Assembly: GCA_030041135.1 (NCBI GenBank) | Contig: JASHOL010000528.1 | Location: forward strand, 6,720-70,719 | From: Streptosporangiaceae bacterium | GTDB lineage: Bacteria > Actinomycetota > Actinomycetes > Streptosporangiales > Streptosporangiaceae | DNA length: 64,000 nucleotides | Reading direction: 5' to 3' | Shown: positions 16,766-23,709 of the stretch, in pieces | How the letters are laid out: each line of letters begins with the position of its first letter | Position numbering within the stretch: position 1 is the stretch's first letter | Made by a program: the position numbers and the translations under genes | The notes under the pieces: generated by a model | What the model was told of the DNA's origin: nothing | Databases searched by the model: none | What the model saw: only the letters and a program-made list of their open reading frames with translations

Positions 16766-18253
16766 CTACCGGGCCGCCCCGGCCACGGGCAGCCCGAAGC
16801 TCGCCTCGATGAACGGGAAGTCGGTCAGGATGTCACCGGCGAATACCTCGTGCATCAGCACCAGGTTGTGGAACGCCGCCGGCCGCACCCGGCAGCGAGT
16901 GATCACGCCGCCCTCGATGCGCACGTCATACAGGAGCTCCCCCTGCGGTGCTTCAGCCCACCCGGTTGCACGTCCGTCCGCCTGGCCCAGGTCGGCGCGC
17001 AGCGGACCCGACCCGGCGTCGGCCAGCTCGTCGGCGGCCTGGCGGAGCAGGTGGACTGAACCGCCGATCTCGTCGACTCTGACTTCCAGCCGGGCCAGCG
17101 CATCGCCGTCCGAGCGCGAGCTAGTCGTCATGCCCAGCAATCCGTACGCCGCATAAGGCCTGGACTGCCGAATGTCCTCGCCAGCGCCCGACGCGCGCCC
17201 GATCGGACCGAGCGCGCGGTGCTCGGCTGCCCTGGCCGGGGCCAAGGGTCCGGTGCGGCGCAGGCGATCAAGGAATGACGCGGTGCCCATCAGCAGGTCG
17301 AGATCGGGTGTGATGCGCCGGTCCAGGTCGCCAATCGCGCCCAGCAGGTCAGGCGGCCCAAGCAGCGGCGGACCGCTGACGCCGCCCGGTACGACCAGGC
17401 CGCGGCCGAACCTGCTGCCCGACAGCTCGCCCGCTAGCCGCAGGACCCGCTCCTTGTGCCAGCCGAACCTGGCGGTCGCCACGGCCAGCCCGGCCCCGTC
17501 GGCCAGCCGGACGATGATGTCCAGATGACATGCCAGCCGCTCCAGCTCGGCCTGCGCGACCCGGATCAGCGACGCTCGCCAGGGCACATCCAGGCCCGCG
17601 ATCCGCTCGACCGCCTCGCAGAACGCGATCGCATTGGCGACCGACGCGACGCCCTCGGTCCGCTCGGCCAGCAGTACCCCGTCGGCCGGGCTCAGGCCCT
17701 CGAAGCGCTTCTCGATCCCGCGATGCTTGTAGAAGATCCGCATGTTCAGGTGCGGGATGTCCTCGCCCGGCGTCTCGACCAGGTACTCGATCGACTCGGT
17801 CACTCCCGACCGCACCGGCCCGTGCGGGATCGTGAACAGCCCCGGCCCGGCGGCATGGCGCGGCAGCACACCGGGATCGGGATCGATCGCAGCCGGGGCC
17901 GCGCCGCCTCCCGGCATCGGCAGATCCGTGCTACTGGTCGGCAGGACCAGCGGCTCTAGCCGCGGATGACCCTCAGGCACGACGCCGAACAGGTCGTGAA
18001 TCTCGCGCTCGTACCAGAACGCCGGCGCTACCTGAGGGGTAAGTGCCGGGTAGCGCACTTGATCGGACGGCAGCAACGCCTCGAGGCTGGTGATGGTTGC
18101 CCGGTCGGCCAGTTGAGCGGTGAGCACCAGCCCGTCGGGATGAGCGGTGGCGAACAGGTCAGCCAGCCGGCTGCCGGCCTCGATCTGGCGGACGACCAGG
18201 TGCCACAGCGCAGGGACGCTCGCGGCCAGCCCGGGCTCAGTGGCGGCAGTCAT
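16766..18253 (-). CDS. Ehr2 large subunit, HycE/NuoCD type, lacking the Ni-Fe Cys ligands
   Basis: The internal ATG at 18253 (MTAATEPGL...) forms an ATGA overlap with the HyfF-like stop. ERTEGVASVANAIAF and the C-terminal FIEASFGLPVAGAAR replace the two CxxC motifs. Contains FYKHRGIEKRFEG. Confidence 0.85.
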   Translation of the reverse strand: MTAATEPGLAASVPALWHLVVRQIEAGSRLADLFATAHPDGLVLTAQLADRATITSLEALLPSDQVRYPALTPQVAPAFWYEREIHDLFGVVPEGHPRLEPLVLPTSSTDLPMPGGGAAPAAIDPDPGVLPRHAAGPGLFTIPHGPVRSGVTESIEYLVETPGEDIPHLNMRIFYKHRGIEKRFEGLSPADGVLLAERTEGVASVANAIAFCEAVERIAGLDVPWRASLIRVAQAELERLACHLDIIVRLADGAGLAVATARFGWHKERVLRLAGELSGSRFGRGLVVPGGVSGPPLLGPPDLLGAIGDLDRRITPDLDLLMGTASFLDRLRRTGPLAPARAAEHRALGPIGRASGAGEDIRQSRPYAAYGLLGMTTSSRSDGDALARLEVRVDEIGGSVHLLRQAADELADAGSGPLRADLGQADGRATGWAEAPQGELLYDVRIEGGVITRCRVRPAAFHNLVLMHEVFAGDILTDFPFIEASFGLPVAGAAR

Positions 18254-19809
18254 GACGCCCGCCCGCTGAGGATCTCGACGGCCCGCAAGAACAGGTCGGT
18301 GAGCTCGGCTGGCGGATGCAGGCCGAGTACCAGCAGGGCCAGCACGCCCAGCGCGACCGGCACCACCATCCATGCGCTCGGTTCGCCGCGAGCCAGCGTC
18401 GGCGCGGCAGCACCAGACGCGGGAGCACTAGGACGGTCAGCCGCGGCCGTCGCGCTACCCGCCGTCACCAGCTGTCTAACGGGCCGATCGGATGGCCGTG
18501 CGGCGGGCAGCATTAGCATGCGCGTTGTCGAGGCGGCCAGGCCGAAGAATGCCACCGTGACCGCGATGATGAGAAATGCGGCGGTCGCGTAGCTACCCGA
18601 GCTCAGGCCGCCGGCAACGATCTCGAACTCGCTCCGGAACACGCCGAAGGGCGGCATTGCGCCGAGCGCGAAGATGGCGAGCAGGAACAGCGGCCCGCTC
18701 GACGGCAGCAGATCCAGGCCACCGCGGATGGAGTCGATCCGCTTCGTCCCGAACTTGCGCACGAACACGCCCGCACCCATGAACGCGTTGGCCTTAGCCG
18801 CGGCGTGCCCGAGCACATGCAGCAGGACGCCGGCCAGGGCGGCGGGGGCGCCAAAGCTGACCCCGATGGCCAGGATGCCCATGTGCTCCACGCTCGAGTA
18901 CGCGAGCAGCCTCTTGATATCGCGCTGACCGAACAGGTACAAGGCCGCGAGCAGCAAGGATGCGATCCCGAACGCAAGCAGCACCCCGCGCGGGAACGCC
19001 GGGCCGAGCGTTGCCGCCGCCACCTGGTAGAACCGGAGGATCGCGTAAAAGCTCACCGCCAGCAGCGACCCGGACAGCAGGGCCGACACCGGCGTCGGTG
19101 CTTCGGAGTGGGCGTCCGGCAGCCAGGTATGCAAGGGCACCAGGCCCATCTTCGTGCCGTAACCAACCACGGCCAGCACGAATGCCAGCTGCACCGCAGC
19201 GTGCGGCAGGCGCCGGGCGGCGGCCAGGAGCTGGGTGAAGCCGAGATCGTAGGACTGGCCGAGGACGTGCGCGCCCGCATAGTAGGCGAAGATCGTGGCC
19301 AGCAGCGCGAGGCCCAGCCCGGCCGACGCGAGCAGCACGTATTTCCATGCCGCCTCTGCTGCGCCGTCGGTGTCCTCGATCGCGACCAGCAGCGCCGAGA
19401 TCACGGTGGTGACCTCGATCGCGACCCACAGCAGCGCGAGGTTGCTCATCATCGGCGCGACCAGCATCGCCCAGGCGAACAGGTTCAGGCCCGCCCAGAA
19501 CTGGCGCGCCCGCCGGCCCTCCCGGCCCTCGTGCGCGGCGCCGCCCGCGTAGCCGACCGAGTAGATCGCCACGGTCGCGTAAAGGAACGAGGTGGCCAGC
19601 AGAAAGACCGCGCTGACCGCGTCGACCCGCAGCGCCCGCAGGTACTCAAGGTCGCCGTGCGCCGCCGTCGGCGTCAGCGCGATCACCAGCCCGAAGCATG
19701 CGATGCCGCACGCCGGGGTGAGCATCTTCGCGGCCCGGAGCGGTGCGCGCAGGCAGGCCAGGGCGGTCGCCAGCGGCAGCGCCAGCAGCAACAGCATCAC
19801 GGCGTGCAC
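18250..19809 (-). CDS. Ehr2 antiporter-like subunit, HyfF/HycQ/NuoN-M family
   Basis: Contains GTKMGLVPLHTWLPDAHSEAP and YSSVEHMGIL. GTG start at 19809; an ATG at 19797 is an alternative. Confidence 0.85.
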   Translation of the reverse strand: MHAVMLLLLALPLATALACLRAPLRAAKMLTPACGIACFGLVIALTPTAAHGDLEYLRALRVDAVSAVFLLATSFLYATVAIYSVGYAGGAAHEGREGRRARQFWAGLNLFAWAMLVAPMMSNLALLWVAIEVTTVISALLVAIEDTDGAAEAAWKYVLLASAGLGLALLATIFAYYAGAHVLGQSYDLGFTQLLAAARRLPHAAVQLAFVLAVVGYGTKMGLVPLHTWLPDAHSEAPTPVSALLSGSLLAVSFYAILRFYQVAAATLGPAFPRGVLLAFGIASLLLAALYLFGQRDIKRLLAYSSVEHMGILAIGVSFGAPAALAGVLLHVLGHAAAKANAFMGAGVFVRKFGTKRIDSIRGGLDLLPSSGPLFLLAIFALGAMPPFGVFRSEFEIVAGGLSSGSYATAAFLIIAVTVAFFGLAASTTRMLMLPAARPSDRPVRQLVTAGSATAAADRPSAPASGAAAPTLARGEPSAWMVVPVALGVLALLVLGLHPPAELTDLFLRAVEILSGRAS

Positions 19810-19812
19810 CGG

Positions 19813-20523
19813 CTATCCCCGCAGTCTGGTCAGGTCGGCGGTGGACATGGACTCGGCGCGGCCGTGATGCACGCGGATCAGCAGGCCGAACACGACGACC
19901 GCGACCAGCAGGTCGAATAGGAAGGCCACCTCCAGGATCAGCGGAAGCCCGGCCGCCACGACCAGCGCGGTGAGCGAGACGCCGTTTTCCAGCGACAGGA
20001 ACCCGATGGCCTGGGACACGACGTCCCGGCGGACGATCATGAGCACGAACGCGACCAGGATGACGGCCACCGAGACCGACAGCGCCGTCGCCGGAAGCAC
20101 CGGGCTGGTGATGCCGAGGGCTGCGACGGTGAAGAAGCCGAAGGCCGCCACCGCGATCGCGACCAGCACCGCGTTCGCCACGCTGAGCGCATGGCTGCCC
20201 GCGATGTCGCCCCAGCGCGGGTCGCCGCCGATCGCACCGATGCCGCGCAACAGCCTGCGCAGCACGACCGGCACGATCACGGCCTTGAGCGCGAACGACA
20301 GCGCCGCCAGGGCGTACAGATCCGGGAGGTGGCGGGTCGCGGCGACGACCACAGCCAGGACCGAGATCAGCGCCGACTGGGCCGCGTACAAGCGGACCTG
20401 ATCGCGCAGCAGTGCCTGCCTGAACATGCCGAACTCGGCCAGCAGCACGCCCACCGCGATGACGTTGGCACCACCGGACAGCGCGCTCGGCGCCGCCACC
20501 GTGGCCGCGATGACTCCCGACAT
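19813..20523 (-). CDS. Ehr2 HyfE/HycP-like (NuoK-type) membrane subunit
   Basis: The internal ATG at 20523 (MSGVIAATVAA...) overlaps the HycD-like stop (TGATG). Paralogous to 6793-7467. The upstream part of the track ORF is unlikely to be coding. Confidence 0.8.
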   Translation of the reverse strand: MSGVIAATVAAPSALSGGANVIAVGVLLAEFGMFRQALLRDQVRLYAAQSALISVLAVVVAATRHLPDLYALAALSFALKAVIVPVVLRRLLRGIGAIGGDPRWGDIAGSHALSVANAVLVAIAVAAFGFFTVAALGITSPVLPATALSVSVAVILVAFVLMIVRRDVVSQAIGFLSLENGVSLTALVVAAGLPLILEVAFLFDLLVAVVVFGLLIRVHHGRAESMSTADLTRLRG

Positions 20524-21485
20524 CACCCGCCACCCAGGTAGAGCGTGAACACCCCGAGCACCGCGAGCAGGAACGCGCCCGCGGCGAACTCGGTGATCTT
20601 GAACAGTCGCAGCTTGGCGAACGAGTTGTCGATCACTGCGATCACGACGCCGAGCAGGGCGGCCTTGCCGACAAGCGCCGCGATCGCCAGCAGCACGGGG
20701 ACCAGACCCGGGGTCGAGGCCAGGCCCCATGGCGCGACGAACACGTTGAGCAGGATCGTGAACAGGATCAGCTGCTTCATGGCCGAGCCCCACTTCAGCA
20801 GCGCGAAGTACGGCCCAGAGTGCTCGAACGGCCGGGCCTCCTCGATCATCCCGAACTCGTTGGTGCCCGTGTGGGTCTCGACCGGGATACGGGCCGTCTC
20901 GTAGAGAATCACCATGAACAGCGCCGCGGCGGCGAGCAGGTGAGCGGGCCGGATGATCTGCCCGGCGGAGGAGCGCACCGTGGCGGCCAGGGCGTAGGGC
21001 AGGTCGGTTCCCGTGACCAGCGCGACCGTGAACACGACGAACAGCACGACCGGCTCGGTGATCGCGCCGAATGTCTTAGCCCGGCTCGCGCCTAGCTGGG
21101 CGTACGGGCTGCCGGTCTCCAGGGCGGCCACGGCGACCAGGAAGCTGGCCAGCGAGAGGATGAAACCTCCGCCGAGGATGTCTCCCATGTAGCCAAGCGG
21201 CAGGCCGAATGTGGTGAGCACCGGGATCAGCAGCGGCACCGTCAGGTAGCAGGCCATAGCGCCCAGCGGCACGGCCAGGAACACCCAGCTGGAGCCCTCG
21301 GGGGCTAGCGCCTCCTTGCGGAAGAGCTTGGCCAGGTCGTAGTACGGCTGCAGGACGCGCGGCCCGGTCCTCCCCTGCAGCCGTGCCTCGACCCGGCTGA
21401 TCACGCCCGAGACACCAGGGGCAGCCGCCGCGATCGTCACGACCTGGAGCAGCTGGACGACGGGTATTGGCAGCGCCGGACTCAC
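20523..21485 (-). CDS. Ehr2 HycD/HyfC/NuoH-like membrane subunit
   Basis: Contains GRTGPRVLQPYYDLAKLFRKE and IPVETHTGTNEFGMIEEARPFEHSG. By-eye alignment puts it at roughly 45% identity to 7471-8424. Confidence 0.85.
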   Translation of the reverse strand: MSPALPIPVVQLLQVVTIAAAAPGVSGVISRVEARLQGRTGPRVLQPYYDLAKLFRKEALAPEGSSWVFLAVPLGAMACYLTVPLLIPVLTTFGLPLGYMGDILGGGFILSLASFLVAVAALETGSPYAQLGASRAKTFGAITEPVVLFVVFTVALVTGTDLPYALAATVRSSAGQIIRPAHLLAAAALFMVILYETARIPVETHTGTNEFGMIEEARPFEHSGPYFALLKWGSAMKQLILFTILLNVFVAPWGLASTPGLVPVLLAIAALVGKAALLGVVIAVIDNSFAKLRLFKITEFAAGAFLLAVLGVFTLYLGGG

Positions 21486-21574
21486 CGTAGTACTCGTCGC
21501 GGGCGGGTCCCTGCGCTGCGAGCCGGGCCGCCCGTCGTATCTTCGCCGGGCGGCTCGTTAGTTTCGCTGACCAC
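21482..21574 (-). CDS. Candidate 30-aa upstream ORF (leader peptide?) in the Ehr2 leader
   Basis: GTG at 21574 is preceded by GGGAGGAG plus a 6-nt spacer. Its TGA stop (21484-21482) overlaps the GTG start of the HycD-like gene. Third-position G+C is only about 67% by hand count, so coding status is doubtful. Confidence 0.2.
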   Translation of the reverse strand: MVSETNEPPGEDTTGGPARSAGTRPRRVLR

Positions 21575-21614
21575 TGATGTCTCCTCCCACGCCGGGTTGG
21601 CGGCAGTGCGTGGT

Positions 21615-21662
21615 AGAGGCCATCAGCGAAACTGATCCGCGGTTCTTGGCGAGCCTCATCGC
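21615..21662 (-). promoter_or_regulatory. Conserved element copy c: AGAGGCCATCAGC-N21-GCGAGCCTCATCGC, 130 nt upstream of the Ehr2 operon start
   Basis: Boxes identical to copies a and b. A TACGAT -10-like hexamer on the minus strand (21678-21683) lies 15 nt upstream of the element. Confidence 0.7.
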
Positions 21663-21746
21663 CAGTCGCTCCTTTGTATCGTACGCTCCGCGGCGACTGC
21701 AATTCACATAGGTCACTTCCGTCACACAGCTTGGACGCCGGTCTGG

Positions 21747-23483
21747 CTAGACGCCGACTGCCGCGGTCCCGGATTCGCCGGGAATCCGGCCGAGGGCCGC
21801 GCGGATGCTGCGGTCGCGCTCGTCAAGCTCAGCCAGCTGGCGGTCACGCTCCTGGCCGGCTTGGGCCCTTATCAGGCTCGCATGGTCCAGGGCCGCGGTC
21901 AGCCGCTGGGCCGAGATCGCGTAGCGACGGCGTACGTCGGCGATGACCTGCCTGGCCGCCTCGGCCAGCCGGTACTGCAGGTCACCCCGCGCGCGTCCGA
22001 TCTGGCTGCTGACCAGCTGGTCGACCTGGTCGAGCACCGCCCTGCGGGCCAGGCGCCGGCCGTAGTCACCGGGTACCCGGCGCCGGATCGCGCCGGCCAC
22101 CAGTTCGGCCTGGTCCACATGCTCGTCCAGCGTGTAGAAGAAGCTGCGGCTGTCGGGCAGCCGTTCGTCAGACGCCGGCAGCGTGAGTTCGAGGCCGAGC
22201 AGATCAGCAGCCGCAGTGCGCACGGCGGCTAGCTCCGCCTCCAGGTCGGACAGCAGCCTCTGGCCGAGGGTGCGCAGCCCGTCCTGCAGCCGGCCGGTCT
22301 GCTCCTGACGCCAGTCCTCGGCCGCCGCGGCGACCATGCCCGTCAGCTGCGCCCGGCCCGAGCGCTCGATCTCGGATACCGGGACTGCGGCCAAGTCCCG
22401 GTCCAGCACCGCGGCCATGCGCTCGGCGGTCTCCGCCGACAACCGCGGCCGCGCGTCGGCGGCAGCGGCGTTGAGAGCCTCAAGCAGCCGCCTGGATTGC
22501 GCGGTCGCCCGGTCCTCGGCATCGACCCGGCCACTGGACATGGCGGCCAGCCGGGCGCGGAACGCCGCGACCTGGGCTCCGGCGTCCTCGCCGGGCAGTC
22601 GCGCGGCGCGCTGAGCCAGCGCCACCTCGTCCAGAAGCTGCCGCCCGATCCGGCGTGCATGCCGAGCCACGGAACGCTCCAGCCCGGCGATCCGGCCGGC
22701 ATCGAGATAGCCGGTGAAGTCCTGGGCGAAGGCGGTGAAGCCGGCATCACCGGCCGGGGTCAGCGCGGTCCGCGCGGACAGCGGGTACACCCGCTCGGCC
22801 CGGCCGGTCACGTCGCTGACGACCCGCGCGGTGAACTCCCGTGCCTCCGACAGCGACTGCTCGTCCAGGTAGTCGGCCTTGTTCAGGACGACGAACAGCG
22901 CCACCGACAGGCCCGCGACCCGGCCGAGCAGGTCCCGTTCGCTGGCCGATACCGGCGGGTCAGCCGTGAGCACGAAGATGGCCGCGTCCATCGACGGCAG
23001 GGCCGCGTCCGCGGCGGCGGTGTTGTCCGCGTGCACCGAGCCGGTGCCCGGCGTATCGACGATCTCCGCGCCTCTGGCCAGGATCTGCGCGTCAGCCCGG
23101 ACCGTGATTCCCGATACGTTGCGGCAGTTCCCCGGGTTACCCCGTTCCGTGCCGTAATCAGCGAGCGCAGAGAGTGGCTGGCGTTCGGTCCGGCCGTCGC
23201 CGAAAGTAACCTCGATGTCCTCGCCGTCAGCCTGCACCACCGTGGTCGCGACCGCTGTCAGGGGCGTCACGCCAACAGGCAGAATCTCCCGGCCCAGCAG
23301 GGCGTTCACCAGTGTGCTCTTGCCGCGCTTGGCCTCCCCCGCGACCAGCACTCGCAGCCGCGCCGAGTCCAGCCGGTCAGCCAGCGCGGCCAGCGCCTCC
23401 CGATCGGCGTCGTCGGCCAGCGCGGCGAGGCTCTCCAGAGCCGCGCCGATGGCCGTCATGCCAGCTGTGCGCACGTTCGTCAC
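21747..23483 (-). CDS. Dynamin-family GTPase (bacterial dynamin-like protein)
   Basis: G1 GEAKRGKST, G3 DTPGTG and G4 LNKAD motifs are followed by a long helical Ala/Arg/Leu-rich stalk-like C-terminus. Confidence 0.8.
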   Translation of the reverse strand: MTNVRTAGMTAIGAALESLAALADDADREALAALADRLDSARLRVLVAGEAKRGKSTLVNALLGREILPVGVTPLTAVATTVVQADGEDIEVTFGDGRTERQPLSALADYGTERGNPGNCRNVSGITVRADAQILARGAEIVDTPGTGSVHADNTAAADAALPSMDAAIFVLTADPPVSASERDLLGRVAGLSVALFVVLNKADYLDEQSLSEAREFTARVVSDVTGRAERVYPLSARTALTPAGDAGFTAFAQDFTGYLDAGRIAGLERSVARHARRIGRQLLDEVALAQRAARLPGEDAGAQVAAFRARLAAMSSGRVDAEDRATAQSRRLLEALNAAAADARPRLSAETAERMAAVLDRDLAAVPVSEIERSGRAQLTGMVAAAAEDWRQEQTGRLQDGLRTLGQRLLSDLEAELAAVRTAAADLLGLELTLPASDERLPDSRSFFYTLDEHVDQAELVAGAIRRRVPGDYGRRLARRAVLDQVDQLVSSQIGRARGDLQYRLAEAARQVIADVRRRYAISAQRLTAALDHASLIRAQAGQERDRQLAELDERDRSIRAALGRIPGESGTAAVGV

Positions 23484-23709
23484 CTACCTATGCCAGGTAG
23501 GGACCGTTGGCGGCGGCGCCGCATTTCGATGGCGGGCCCCTCCGCCCGTTCGGTGCCTGCCAGGCTAGCCGCTCACCGCCAGGCCAGCGCAATCGCGCCT
23601 GGCTCAGCGTGGCGGCTGGGTTCTTGCCATGTGCGCAGAAGCTGGCGGCCACAAGGGATAGCCCGGCGCAGCGCCACGGGCCTACCATGCGCTGGTGGCC
23701 CAGGGTTTC

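Noticed and set aside
730-21485. Calling the two operons functional formate hydrogenlyase or group-4 [NiFe]-hydrogenases (hyc/hyf).
   Set aside because: Both large subunits lack all four Ni-Fe Cys ligands. The window has no hyp maturation genes, no protease and no fdhF. Gene symbols such as hycE and hyfB would overstate what the sequence supports.
21076-21702. A 208-aa minus-strand ORF spanning the Ehr2 leader and the HycD2 N-terminus.
   Set aside because: It is out of frame with the well-supported HycD-like gene. The translation is Arg/Pro/Gly-rich, and it would run through the conserved regulatory element.
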